DNA of 64,000 bases from Paraburkholderia sp. (GTDB lineage: Bacteria; Pseudomonadota; Gammaproteobacteria; Burkholderiales; Burkholderiaceae): assembly GCF_024281035.1 (NCBI RefSeq), contig NZ_JAMXLH010000032.1, positions 30,764-94,763 of the forward strand, written 5' to 3'. The number at the start of each line of letters is the position of its first letter. The first letter of the stretch is position 1. Shown piece by piece: positions 9,883 to 19,668 of the stretch. The position numbers and the translations under genes were made by a program. A model generated the notes under the pieces. That model searched no databases and had not been told where the DNA came from. It worked only from the letters and a program-made list of their open reading frames with translations.

Positions 9883-9959
9883 GTGCGTGGATAGTGCGTG
9901 GATAGTGCGTGGATAGTGCGCGGATAGTGCGTAGATAGTGCGTAGATAGTGTGGGGATC
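9883..9959. repeat. 11-bp tandem repeat GTGCGT(G/A)GATA, 6 full copies plus 1 degenerate
   Basis: Read directly. No unique spacers between units. A second 11-bp repeat (GATCCGCTAGC) follows at 9977-10009. Confidence 0.95.
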
Positions 9960-10021
9960 GCGCGTGGTTCGTGCTTGATCCGCTAGCGATCCGCTAGCGA
10001 TCCGCGCGCGATCCTGCAGGA

Positions 10022-11497
10022 TCAGACTTCCTCGGGCCAGGACATGCCTTCGCGCGCGAGCAGCGCCGACGAAGCAGCGGGACCGTACGTGCCTGCCGTG
10101 TAGGTGCGCGGCCGGTCGCCGAGCTGCTCCCAGCCGTTGAGAATCGGCTCCACCCACGTCCACGCCGCTTCGAGTTCGTCGCGGCGCATGAAGTGCGTGA
10201 GGCGGCCGCGGACCACGTCGATCAGCAGGCGCTCATAAGCTTCGGCGCGGCGCTCGGGAATTGCCTGCTGCAGATCGAGGTTCAGGTTCACGGGCAGGAT
10301 GTTCATGCCGCTGCCCGGTTCCTTCGCGAGCATCTGCAACTGGATCGACTCTTCGGGCTGAAGCTGGATCACGAGGCGGTTGCCGTAATTGCGCGGGCCG
10401 CTCGGGAAGATCGAGAACGGCAGATCCGCGAATTCGATGACGATCTCCGACTGGCGCTTTTGCATGCGCTTGCCCGTGCGCAGGAAGAACGGCACGTTGG
10501 CCCAGCGCCAGTTATTGATGTGCGCGCGCAGCGCGACGAAGGTCTCCGCGCGGCTGCCGGGCGGCACGTTGTCCTCTTCGAGATAACCAATCACCGGCTG
10601 GCCGTCCACGGCGCCCGCCGCGTATTGGCCGCGCACGGTGTCGCGCGCGATATCGGCGACCGACATCGGGCGCAACGAACGCAGCACCTTGAGTTTTTCG
10701 TCGCGCACGGCGTCCGGGTCGAGCGAGACGGGCGGTTCCATCGCGACGATGCAGAGCAGTTGCAGCAGATGGTTCTGCACCATGTCGCGCAGCGCGCCGG
10801 TGTGGTCGTAAAAACCGGCGCGGCTGCCCACGCCGACGGTCTCCGCCACCGTGATCTGCACGCTGCGGATGTACGGCGCCTGCCACAGCGGTCCGAAAAT
10901 CGGATTGCCGAAGCGCAGCACCATCAGGTTCTGCACCGTCTCCTTTCCCAGATAGTGGTCGATGCGGTAGATCTGCGATTCCGCGAAATGGCGGCCCACC
11001 GATTCGTTGATCTCTTTCGCCGACGCGAGATCGTGACCCAGCGGTTTTTCGAGCACGACGCGCGAACGTTCGTCCACGAGCGACGCCGACGAGAGGTTGT
11101 CGCAGATCGTCGTGAAGAGTTCGGGCGAGGTCGAGAGGTAGAACACGCGCAGCGCGTCCGCGCGCGAGGCTTCACGCAGATGCGCATAGTCCGCGGGCGC
11201 GTTCACGTCGATGATCACGTACTTGAACAGGCCGAGGAAGCGGTCCCATGCCTCCTGATTGAACGCCTTGGCGTCGACGAACGGGCGCGACTGCTCGTCC
11301 ATGAACGCGTGGTATTCCTCGATCGTCCAGTTCTTGCGGCCCACCGCGATGATGCGCGTGTCGCGGGGCAGATTGTTGTGCAGATGCGCCATATAGAGCG
11401 CGGGCAGCAGCTTGCGCGCGGCCAGGTCGCCCCCGCCTCCGAAGATGATCATGTCGAGGGGCAGGTTGGGCACGGCTTGGACAGGCTGTTTCGTCAT
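10022..11497 (-). CDS. zwf: Glucose-6-phosphate 1-dehydrogenase
   Basis: Contains IFGGGGDLAARKLLPALY, RIDHYLGKETVQN and PFFLRTGKRM. Confidence 0.97.
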   Translation of the reverse strand: MTKQPVQAVPNLPLDMIIFGGGGDLAARKLLPALYMAHLHNNLPRDTRIIAVGRKNWTIEEYHAFMDEQSRPFVDAKAFNQEAWDRFLGLFKYVIIDVNAPADYAHLREASRADALRVFYLSTSPELFTTICDNLSSASLVDERSRVVLEKPLGHDLASAKEINESVGRHFAESQIYRIDHYLGKETVQNLMVLRFGNPIFGPLWQAPYIRSVQITVAETVGVGSRAGFYDHTGALRDMVQNHLLQLLCIVAMEPPVSLDPDAVRDEKLKVLRSLRPMSVADIARDTVRGQYAAGAVDGQPVIGYLEEDNVPPGSRAETFVALRAHINNWRWANVPFFLRTGKRMQKRQSEIVIEFADLPFSIFPSGPRNYGNRLVIQLQPEESIQLQMLAKEPGSGMNILPVNLNLDLQQAIPERRAEAYERLLIDVVRGRLTHFMRRDELEAAWTWVEPILNGWEQLGDRPRTYTAGTYGPAASSALLAREGMSWPEEV

Positions 11498-11656
11498 GGC
11501 GGATTAAATTTGACGCATGGTGGCGCGCAGGTGGCGCACCGGTTTCGAAAAAGCCGCGTCGGACGGGCCACCGGACGGGCGACAGGGAGCGGCGAAAAGA
11601 ACTAATACTGCATGGTTTCCGGGGATTTTGCACGCGGACGGCATTCATGGAGCGCT

Positions 11657-11711
11657 GTTGGCACGCCGTTGGCACGCTGTTGGCATATCGCTGGCGCGCT
11701 GTTGGCGTATT
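11657..11711. repeat. 11-bp degenerate tandem repeat (GTTGGCACGCT-like), 5 copies
   Basis: Read directly in the zwf-mntH intergenic region. Confidence 0.85.
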
Positions 11712-11761
11712 GCGCGTGCATCGCCATCGCATCGCCATCGCATCGCCGGCGCGCGCCGTCG

Positions 11762-13078
11762 CTAGCCGAGCCCCGGCACCGTCACGCCAAAGGTATCGAG
11801 CAGCAAGACCACGTTGAGCGCGAGCACGGCCATGGCGCCCGCCACGGCGAACCCGGCCGTGAGCGGGCGATTGCGATACGGACCCATCACGTCGGCGCGG
11901 CTCGTGAACCAGACGAGCGCGGCCATCGGCACGGGCAGCGCGAGGCTCAGCACGACCTGGCTCGCGACGAGCGCCTCGGTGGCGTTCATGCCGAAGCCCA
12001 CCACCACGAAGCTCGGCACCATCGTCACGGCGCGGCGCAGCCACACCGGAATCTGGAAGCCGATGAAGCCCTGCATGATCATCTGCCCCGCCATCGTGCC
12101 GACGACCGAACTCGAGATGCCCGAGGCGATCAGCGAGACCAGAAAGATGCCCGCCGCGCTGGCGCCGAGGAGCGGCACGAGCGTGCGATAGGCCGACTCG
12201 ATTTCCGCCACGTCTGGGAAGCCCTGGTGAAACGCGCCCGACGCCGTGATGACCATCGCCATGTTGATGAGCCCGGCGATGGAGAGCGCGATCACGACCT
12301 CGATATTGGAGAAACGCAATAGCCGCGTGCGCTCGATCTCGTTGCGCGGCGCGACGCGCGCCTGGGTCAGGCCGGAATGCAGGAAGAGGGCGTGCGGCAT
12401 GACCGTCGCGCCGATGATGCCGACGGCGATCATCACGGCCGGCGCGTCGGGCAGGCTCGGGGTGAAGGTATGGCGCAGGACGCTCGGCCATTCGATCGGC
12501 GCGATGAAGAGTTCGAGCAGATAACAGAACCCGATGATGCCGACGAGCGCGCCGATCACGAGTTCGAGCGGCCTGAAGCCCGTGCGCTCGAAGAGCAGCA
12601 GCCCATAGGTCACGACGGCGGTAATGGCCATGCCGGCAATGAGCGGGAGGTGGAAGAGCAGCGAGAACCCGATTGCGCCGCCGAGGAATTCGGCCAGATC
12701 GGTCGCCATGGCCGCGATTTCGCTTACGACCCACATCGCCCAGACAACCGGCGCGGGGAAGCGTTCGCGGCACAGTTCGGCGAGATTGCGTCCCGTGACG
12801 ATGCCGAGCCTGGCCGAGAGCGACTGGAACAGCATCGCCACGATGTTGGCAAGCAGCACCACCCAGAGGAGCGCGTAGCCATAGCGCGCGCCCGCCTGAA
12901 TATTGGTGGCGAAGTTGCCCGGATCCATGTACGCCACCGACACCACGACGGCCGGACCGGCGAGCGGCAGCATCAGCGCGGCGCCGCTGCGGCGCCCTTC
13001 GAGCGCCTCCCGCACGGCGGTAATGGTGCGCTTCGTCAGACCGTCGTGCACGGGTTCGTCGCGGGTGCGATGGTGCAT
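11762..13078 (-). CDS. mntH: Nramp-family divalent metal transporter
   Basis: Contains AYMDPGNFATN, GATVMPHALFLHS and SQVVLS. The ATG at 13078 has a GAGGAG RBS. Confidence 0.95.
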   Translation of the reverse strand: MHHRTRDEPVHDGLTKRTITAVREALEGRRSGAALMLPLAGPAVVVSVAYMDPGNFATNIQAGARYGYALLWVVLLANIVAMLFQSLSARLGIVTGRNLAELCRERFPAPVVWAMWVVSEIAAMATDLAEFLGGAIGFSLLFHLPLIAGMAITAVVTYGLLLFERTGFRPLELVIGALVGIIGFCYLLELFIAPIEWPSVLRHTFTPSLPDAPAVMIAVGIIGATVMPHALFLHSGLTQARVAPRNEIERTRLLRFSNIEVVIALSIAGLINMAMVITASGAFHQGFPDVAEIESAYRTLVPLLGASAAGIFLVSLIASGISSSVVGTMAGQMIMQGFIGFQIPVWLRRAVTMVPSFVVVGFGMNATEALVASQVVLSLALPVPMAALVWFTSRADVMGPYRNRPLTAGFAVAGAMAVLALNVVLLLDTFGVTVPGLG

Positions 13079-13273
13079 GCACGGCTCCTCGGAAATTTGG
13101 GGGGCGGAACGACGGGCGCCATCGCGCGGCAACGCGAATCATGCAAAAAACGCGTCATCGGATTGCGGCCCTCGCACGTTAAGTGGGAAATCCATACACG
13201 AGCCGCCGATGGATTCCGCTATCACAGCACAAACCGGTGGTTCGCGCCTGTCTCGATTTGTTTGTCCGACGAA

Positions 13274-14368
13274 ATGCCCGTACTCCCGATCATCGCCGTA
13301 AACAAGGCCCGTCTCGCGTTCGCAGTGCTGATGGGCGCGCTCGCTTGCAGCACGCTCGCCCATGCCGGCGACCGGGTCGTTAACATGGCCAACAGCGCGG
13401 CCAACAACGCGGCTACCAACGCAGCCACCAACGCAGCCACCAACACGGGCAACCGGGTCATCGTGCTCGATTCCGGCGAGGCGGCGCTCTCGCTCATCGA
13501 CGAGGCGAGCCGCACGGTCGTCGGCACCGAGCCGACCGGCAAGCAGCCGCACCACCTGATGGTCACGCCCGACGGCCATTCGCTGATCGTCGCGGATTCG
13601 GTCTCGAACGACCTGATGTTCCTCGACCCGGTCACGGGCAAGGTGCAGCGCCGCGTGGAGGGCATCGAGGATCCGTATCAGCTCGCCTTTTCGCCCGACC
13701 GCAAATGGTTCCTGACGACCGGGCTGCGCCTCGACCGCATGGACATCTACGGCTACAACAACCACGATTTCACGCTCGTGAAGCGCATCGAACTCGGCAA
13801 GACGCCGAGCCACATGACGTTCACCTCGGACAGCAAGACCGTATTCGTGACGCTGCAGGACACCGGCGAGATCGCCGCGATCGACCTGGCCACGCAGACG
13901 GTGCTCTGGAAACTGCCGGTCGGCGACACGCCCGCGGGCCTGTGGATGACGCCCGGCGACAAGTACCTGCTCGCCGGCATGACCGGCGAGGACGACGTGG
14001 CCGTGATCGACTGGCGCAACCGCACGGTCGTGAAACGGATCCAGACCGGGCGCGGCGCGCATAACTTCCGCAATCTCGATGACGGCAGCCATGTGGCCGT
14101 GTCGAACCGCGTCGAGAGCACGATCAGCATCCTCGACTACCGGAAGCTCGAGAAGGTCGCCGACATCACGGGTCTCTTGCCCGGCCCCGACGACATGGAG
14201 CTTGCCGCGGACAAACGCTATCTGTGGGTGACGTTTCGCTTCGCGAAGCAGGTCGGGATCATCGACCTCGCGACGCGCCAGTTGATCGACACGATCCCCG
14301 TGGGCCGCTCGCCGCACGGCATCTATTTCGCCAATCGCGCGCCGGTCTATGCACCGAACCCGGACTGA
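13274..14368 (+). CDS. Secreted YncE/YVTN beta-propeller protein
   Basis: Signal peptide (…LACSTLAHA) and repeated propeller blades (PHHLMVTPDG, PYQLAFSPD, PSHMTFTSD, GRSPHGI). Contains an AATN repeat encoded by 12-bp units. Confidence 0.82.
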   Translation: MPVLPIIAVNKARLAFAVLMGALACSTLAHAGDRVVNMANSAANNAATNAATNAATNTGNRVIVLDSGEAALSLIDEASRTVVGTEPTGKQPHHLMVTPDGHSLIVADSVSNDLMFLDPVTGKVQRRVEGIEDPYQLAFSPDRKWFLTTGLRLDRMDIYGYNNHDFTLVKRIELGKTPSHMTFTSDSKTVFVTLQDTGEIAAIDLATQTVLWKLPVGDTPAGLWMTPGDKYLLAGMTGEDDVAVIDWRNRTVVKRIQTGRGAHNFRNLDDGSHVAVSNRVESTISILDYRKLEKVADITGLLPGPDDMELAADKRYLWVTFRFAKQVGIIDLATRQLIDTIPVGRSPHGIYFANRAPVYAPNPD

Positions 14369-14413
14369 GCGGACTCATTCCGCACGAATCAAAGGACTCA
14401 TTCGAGGCACTCG

Positions 14414-15418
14414 ATGATCGACACCCTCGTCTCACAACTCGATAACGCCGTGTCGTGGCTGCAAACGCTCGTCTACGTCGACGTGGTGCAGCCGTTTTTC
14501 TACAAATTCGGCTTCATGAGCTACGACGAGGACACCTACGACGCGCTCTACTGGGTGATCGTCGGTGTGCTCGAAGTCGTGATCACGTATATCGTTTTGC
14601 GTCCGCTCGAAGCGCTGCGGCCCGCCGAGGCGTGGGCCGACCGCAAGGCGCTGCGCGCGGACGTCTGGTACACGTGGATCGCGAAACTCGGCGTGCTGAA
14701 TCTCGCGTTCTTCTTCATGCTCCAGCCGGTGTTCAACCACTGGCAGAGCCTGATGGCGATGTACAACGTGCCGAACATCGACGTGGACAGCCTGTGGCCC
14801 GGCGTCACCGACAAGCCCTTCGTCTCGTTCCTGATCTACCTCGTCGTGCTCGATTTCGCGGGCTACTGGTATCACCGCTGGCAGCATCGCATCGGCATCT
14901 GGTGGGAACTGCACGCGGTCCATCACAGCCAGCAGCAGATGTCGCTCTGGTGCGACGACCGCAATCACTTCCTCGACGACATCATCAACGCGGCGTTTCT
15001 CGCAGGCATTTCGCTCTTTATCGGGGTCGAGCCCGCGCAATTCGTCGTGCTCGTGGCCATCGGCAACTTCATGCAGAGCGTGCAGCACGCCAACATGCGT
15101 CTGCCGTTCGGCCCGGTGCTCGAGCGCCTGATCGTGAGCCCGGCGTTTCACCGCCGCCATCACGCAGTCGATTTCGGTCACGAAGGTATGCATTACGGCT
15201 GCAACTTCGGCGTGCTGTTTCCGTGGTGGGACATGCTGCTTCGCACCGCGTCGTGGAATGCCGAAGTGGAGCCGACCGGCATTCGCGACCAGTTGCCCGC
15301 GCCGCACGGCCACGGGCGCGATTACGGCGAAAGCGTGATCGCGCAGCAATGGCGTGCGCTCGTGCGCATTGCGCGGCGTCTGCGCGGCACGCGTTATCGG
15401 GAGCAAGCCGCGTCCTGA
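14414..15418 (+). CDS. Sterol desaturase / fatty acid hydroxylase family membrane protein
   Basis: His boxes YWYHRWQH, HAVHH, QHAN and HRRHH. Confidence 0.88.
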   Translation: MIDTLVSQLDNAVSWLQTLVYVDVVQPFFYKFGFMSYDEDTYDALYWVIVGVLEVVITYIVLRPLEALRPAEAWADRKALRADVWYTWIAKLGVLNLAFFFMLQPVFNHWQSLMAMYNVPNIDVDSLWPGVTDKPFVSFLIYLVVLDFAGYWYHRWQHRIGIWWELHAVHHSQQQMSLWCDDRNHFLDDIINAAFLAGISLFIGVEPAQFVVLVAIGNFMQSVQHANMRLPFGPVLERLIVSPAFHRRHHAVDFGHEGMHYGCNFGVLFPWWDMLLRTASWNAEVEPTGIRDQLPAPHGHGRDYGESVIAQQWRALVRIARRLRGTRYREQAAS

Positions 15419-15493
15419 GGCGCGGCAAGCGCGGGCCGTATGCTTCGCGGCCCGCGCATCCCGCGGGCGGTGCAATGCCGCGTTGAAGTCCGC

Positions 15494-15510
15494 CTTGCCG
15501 TCCGGCTTGT
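15494..15510 (+). repeat. 17-bp direct repeat CTTGCCGTCCGGCTTGT, copy 1 (upstream of aroG)
   Basis: Exact match to 16799-16815. Confidence 0.9.
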
Positions 15511-15519
15511 AGTGCACAT

Positions 15520-15555
15520 GGAACCCCGCCCGGAACCCCGCCCGGAACCCCGCCA
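15520..15555. repeat. 12-bp tandem repeat GGAACCCCGCCC, 3 copies
   Basis: Read directly. Confidence 0.9.
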
Positions 15556-15653
15556 GGGTGCTCGCCAACGCTGCGCGCCGCCGGATGCGATAATCGCGAA
15601 TTCATCCGTTCCGGACCGCACGACCCGCGCCACGCGCGAGGCAGGAGAGCATT

Positions 15654-16772
15654 TTGATCCGCATCGACAACCCGCAGCACGACCACGAAGTCGGCGTCGC
15701 CGACGCCACCGTTGACTCCACCCGCATCGACGACGTGCGCATCGGCGCCGTGCGCCCGCTGATCTCGCCCGCGCTCCTGCTCGACGAATTGCCGGTGCCG
15801 GAGCGAACGCAGACGCTCGTCGAAACGAGCCGCGCGCAGATCGCCGACGCGGTCAAAGGGCGCGACGACCGCCTCGTCGTCGTGGTGGGACCGTGCTCGA
15901 TCCACGACCACGGCCAGGCCATCGAGTACGCGAAGCGGCTCAAGGAAAAAGCCGACGCGCTAAAAGACGACCTGCTTATCGTGATGCGCGTGTACTTCGA
16001 GAAGCCGCGCACGACGGTCGGGTGGAAGGGCTATATCAACGACCCGCGTCTTGACGGCAGCTTCCGCATCAACGAAGGCCTGCGCGCCGCGCGGCAACTG
16101 CTGCTCGACATCAACGCGCTCGGTTTGCCCACGGCGACGGAATTCCTCGATCTGCTGAGCCCGCAATACATTGCCGACCTCGTGGCATGGGGCGCGATCG
16201 GCGCGCGCACGACCGAGAGCCAGAGCCACCGGCAACTGGCGTCGGGACTGTCGTGCCCGATCGGCTTCAAGAACGGCACCGATGGCGGCGTGCAGGTGGC
16301 CGCCGACGCCATCGTCGCCGCGCGTGCGAGCCACGCCTTCATGGGCATGACGAAGATGGGCATGGCCGCGATCTTCGAAACGCGCGGCAACGACGACTGC
16401 CACGTGATCCTGCGCGGCGGCAAGAGCGGCCCGAATTACGACCAGGCTTCGGTGGCGGCCTGCTGCGAAGCGCTCGTCAAGGCGGGCTTGCGCGAGTCGG
16501 TCATGATCGACTGCTCGCATGCGAATTCGAACAAGGCGCATCAGCGCCAGATCGAAGTGGCGGGCGATATCGCCGTGCAACTCGCCGACGGCGACAAGCG
16601 GATTACCGGCGTCATGATCGAAAGTCACCTCGAAGAAGGGCGCCAGGATCTGAAGCCGGGCGTGCCGCTCAAGTACGGGGTGTCGATTACCGATGCCTGC
16701 ATCAGCTGGGCGCAGACCGGGCCGGTGCTGGATACGCTCGCGCAGGCGGTGCGTGCGCGCAGAAAGGTGTAA
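15654..16772 (+). CDS. aroG: Class I DAHP synthase (3-deoxy-7-phosphoheptulonate synthase)
   Basis: Contains VVVGPCSIHD, RVYFEKPRTTVGWKG, GARTTESQSHR and DCSHANS. TTG start with GGAGAG RBS. Confidence 0.95.
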   Translation: MIRIDNPQHDHEVGVADATVDSTRIDDVRIGAVRPLISPALLLDELPVPERTQTLVETSRAQIADAVKGRDDRLVVVVGPCSIHDHGQAIEYAKRLKEKADALKDDLLIVMRVYFEKPRTTVGWKGYINDPRLDGSFRINEGLRAARQLLLDINALGLPTATEFLDLLSPQYIADLVAWGAIGARTTESQSHRQLASGLSCPIGFKNGTDGGVQVAADAIVAARASHAFMGMTKMGMAAIFETRGNDDCHVILRGGKSGPNYDQASVAACCEALVKAGLRESVMIDCSHANSNKAHQRQIEVAGDIAVQLADGDKRITGVMIESHLEEGRQDLKPGVPLKYGVSITDACISWAQTGPVLDTLAQAVRARRKV

Positions 16773-16798
16773 GGCGTGCGCGGGCGGCGGCGTATGCG

Positions 16799-16815
16799 CT
16801 TGCCGTCCGGCTTGT
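16799..16815 (+). repeat. 17-bp direct repeat CTTGCCGTCCGGCTTGT, copy 2 (downstream of aroG)
   Basis: Exact match to 15494-15510. Confidence 0.9.
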
Positions 16816-16832
16816 TATGCCTGGTTTAGATG

Positions 16833-18380
16833 TCAGTGCGCGCCCGCTGCGCCGCCGCCGCCCGAGCCCTTCGTCGACTTCGTGATCCAGATAAGCGGGA
16901 TGATGGCGACGAAGATAATCGCGGAAATATAGAAGATATCGTTCAGGCCCATCATCGCGGCCTGCGCGTTCAACTGGAAATCGAACAGTGCGCGCGCAGT
17001 GGGCTCGCTCACATGCAGGAGCGTCTGCACGTTCTCGATTGAATTGCGGAATACGGGGTTTTCGGCGAAAGCCTGCTCCGTGAGCCGCGCGTGATGCAGG
17101 ACCGTGCGGTTGTTCCAGGCGTTCGTCGCAATCGAGGTGCCGACCGCGCCGCAGAACACGCGCACGAAATTCGAAAGCCCCGCGGCGGCCGGCACGCGGC
17201 CCGGCGGCTGACCCGCGAGAATGATCGCGGTGAGCGGCACGAAAAAGAGCGCCATCGGAATGCCCTGGAGCAGGGTCGGCAGCACGAGGTGGAACGTGTC
17301 GACTTCGATCACGTACTGCGAGCGCATGAAAAACACCACCGCGAACATCAGGAACGCCATCGTCGCGATCACGCGTGCGTCCGAGCGCGGCAGGATGTGC
17401 CCGACCACGGGCGAGAGAATCAGGGCGAAGATGCCGAGGGGCGCGGTCACGAGGCCCGCGTCCACCGACCGGTAATTCAGGTACTCCTGCATCCATTGCG
17501 GCAGCAGCACGAGGTTGCCGAAGAACACCGCGTACGCGACCGAAATCGCAATCGTGCCGCCAAGAAAATTGCGTTGCTTGAAGAGGCGCAGATCGACGAT
17601 CGGATGTTCCTCGGTCAACTCCCAGACGAGAAAGAACGAGAAGCTGATGAGGGCAGTCACGCCGAGCGCGACGATCACGGGCGAATTGAACCAGTCGAGA
17701 TCCTTGCCCTTGTCGAGCAGGATCTGCAGCGACGCGACCCACGCGACGAGCAGTCCGAGGCCCACGACGTCGATGGGCGGCTTGCGTGTTTCGGATTCGC
17801 GGTGGCGGTAGATGGACCAAGTCACGAAGCTCGCGACCAAGCCCACCGGAATGTTGATGTAGAAGATCCACGACCAGTTGTAGCTGTCCGTGATCCATCC
17901 GCCGAGCGCAGGGCCTGCGATCGGGCCGACCGTCGTCGTCATGGCCCAGAAGGCGAGCGCCGTGGCCGATTTTTCCTTCGGCCAGGAACCGAGCAGAATG
18001 GCCTGGGAGAGCGGAATCAGCGGTCCGGCGACCGCGCCCTGGATCACGCGCGCGACGAGCAGGAACGGCAGGCTCGGCGCGATGCCGCACAGCCATGAGG
18101 CCACGACGAACGACAAGATCGACGCGACGAAGAGCCGGACCTGGCCGAAGCGCTGCGTGAGCCAGCCGGTAAGCGGAATGGAGACGGCATTGGCCGCGGC
18201 GAACACGGTGATGACCCACGTGCCTTCGTCGACGGAAACGCCGAGATCGCCCGAGATGGTCGGGATCGCGACGTTGGCGATCGACGTGTCGAGCACGTTC
18301 ATGAACGTCGCGAGCGCGACCGCGATGGTCGCGAGGATCAGGCGGCCCCCTTCGAGGGGCGGCGGGGCGGGCTTGCTCAA
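16833..18380 (-). CDS. DHA2 (EmrB/QacA) MFS efflux transporter
   Basis: Contains ATFMNVLDTSIANVAIPTI, WSWIFYINIPVG and DKGKDLDWF. TTG start at 18380 inferred from the RBS; the ORF-track start at 18707 is too long. Confidence 0.92.
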   Translation of the reverse strand: MSKPAPPPLEGGRLILATIAVALATFMNVLDTSIANVAIPTISGDLGVSVDEGTWVITVFAAANAVSIPLTGWLTQRFGQVRLFVASILSFVVASWLCGIAPSLPFLLVARVIQGAVAGPLIPLSQAILLGSWPKEKSATALAFWAMTTTVGPIAGPALGGWITDSYNWSWIFYINIPVGLVASFVTWSIYRHRESETRKPPIDVVGLGLLVAWVASLQILLDKGKDLDWFNSPVIVALGVTALISFSFFLVWELTEEHPIVDLRLFKQRNFLGGTIAISVAYAVFFGNLVLLPQWMQEYLNYRSVDAGLVTAPLGIFALILSPVVGHILPRSDARVIATMAFLMFAVVFFMRSQYVIEVDTFHLVLPTLLQGIPMALFFVPLTAIILAGQPPGRVPAAAGLSNFVRVFCGAVGTSIATNAWNNRTVLHHARLTEQAFAENPVFRNSIENVQTLLHVSEPTARALFDFQLNAQAAMMGLNDIFYISAIIFVAIIPLIWITKSTKGSGGGGAAGAH

Positions 18381-18612
18381 GCGTGTTCTCCGCGGATTCG
18401 CTGGTAGCAGTATGTTGCGTGCACGGTGCGGCGCCGGTTTGGGGCAAGCATAACCGCAATCGGATTGCGCCTGCCCATGCCGGCACCAACCCGTTTGCGC
18501 TCGGCGTATGCTTGCGGCTGTCATGCGGGCATGATGGGGCGCGATGAGCGGGCGGCGATGGCCGCTGGCGCAGCGCTCATGCGACCGGCAGGCCAACAAG
18601 GGAGATTTTCCA

Positions 18613-19266
18613 ATGGGCTGGGAATCGTTCGATGGGGGCTGGCGGCTTGCGCCAGCGGGGGGCGCGGCGCGGGCGGCGGTCGTGCTGCTGCACGGCGTCG
18701 GTAGCAACGCGCAGGATTTGATGCCGCTTGCCGAGACCTGGCGCGACGCCTTGCCGGGTGTCGCGTTCGTTTCGCTCGACGGCAGCGAGCCGTTCGATGG
18801 CGGGTTCGGCGGGCGTCAGTGGTTCAGCCTGCGCGACATCAACGAGAGTAACCGTGAAGAGCGCGTCGTCGCGGCGGCTGCGGTGCTGCGCAAGCGGCTC
18901 GACGCTGAACTGGCCCACTGGGGCCTCGGCTACGACGCGCTCGGGCTGGTTGGATTTTCGCAAGGCTCGATCATGTCGCTTTATCACGTCGCGACGCAGC
19001 CCGAGGGCGCTGCCGTGGTGGTCGCCTTTGCGGGGCGGCTCGTGACGCCCGTTGCGGCCAGGAGCCGCACGGCGCTCACGCTCGTGCACGGCGAAGACGA
19101 CGAGGTGATCCCGGCGCAGGAACTGGAGCGCGCGGCCATCGCGTTCAGCGATGCGGGCTATGCCGTGGCCGCGTACGTCCTGCCGGGCGTGGGCCATACG
19201 ATTACGCCGCAAGGCGTGCTGCTTGGCCGCGAAGCGCTCGTGCGCGGGCTCGAAGCGTGCAAATAA
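18613..19266 (+). CDS. Phospholipase/carboxylesterase family alpha/beta hydrolase
   Basis: Contains LLHGVGSN, GFSQG nucleophile, HGEDDEVI and GVGH. Confidence 0.9.
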   Translation: MGWESFDGGWRLAPAGGAARAAVVLLHGVGSNAQDLMPLAETWRDALPGVAFVSLDGSEPFDGGFGGRQWFSLRDINESNREERVVAAAAVLRKRLDAELAHWGLGYDALGLVGFSQGSIMSLYHVATQPEGAAVVVAFAGRLVTPVAARSRTALTLVHGEDDEVIPAQELERAAIAFSDAGYAVAAYVLPGVGHTITPQGVLLGREALVRGLEACK

Positions 19267-19383
19267 GGCGCCAGTAAGGGTGCCAGTGAGGGGGCAAAAA
19301 AGCAGCGCCTGAAAACAACAAATTTGTTGTGACTTTGGTGATCTCCCTCCGAGTGCCGACGGCCAATGAGCATGAAAACACGC

Positions 19384-19448
19384 AGCCTGAAATGCAACAT
19401 ACATGTTGTATTTCAGGCTTGACGTGCACAACATGAATGTTGTAGTGT
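19384..19448 (+). promoter_or_regulatory. hicAB promoter with two related palindromic operators
   Basis: 36-bp inverted repeat AGCCTGAAATGCAACAT-AC-ATGTTGTATTTCAGGCT (19384-19419). TTGACG (19419-24), then ACAACATGAATGTTGT (19428-43), then TAGTGT (19443-48; 18-bp spacer). Confidence 0.7.
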
Positions 19449-19482
19449 CTCCGGTGACTCGCGACCACAGGAGAAACAACCG

Positions 19483-19668
19483 GTGAAGTACAGCGAGTTC
19501 CGGAAGTGGCTCAAGAAGCAGGGTGCGGAGTTTGAAAAACACCGAAGCGGATCAAGCCACTACCGAGTTACGCTGAATGGCAAATCAACAATTTTCCCAG
19601 ACCACGGTGCAAAGGAAATAGGTACGGGGTTAGTTGAGGCGATCAAGAAGCAGCTCGGGATTAAATGA
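19483..19668 (+). CDS. hicA: HicA-family toxin (dsRBD-fold mRNA interferase)
   Basis: 61 aa basic protein with GSSH...T.F.P.HG.KEIG.GL..AI.KQLG; catalytic His motif present. Confidence 0.92.
   Translation: MKYSEFRKWLKKQGAEFEKHRSGSSHYRVTLNGKSTIFPDHGAKEIGTGLVEAIKKQLGIK

Noticed and set aside
9883-10009. Possible CRISPR array
   Set aside because: The units are 11-bp head-to-tail repeats with no unique spacers, and there are no cas genes.
11657-11711. Sigma-54 promoter within the TGGCAC repeats
   Set aside because: The GG-N10-GC spacing arises automatically from the 11-bp period, the -12 element is TGGC rather than TTGC, and it points into the 3' end of the convergent mntH gene.
12377-13273. 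N-terminal extension making the beta-propeller a 663-aa protein
   Set aside because: The extension is antisense to mntH. The signal peptide starts at 13274.
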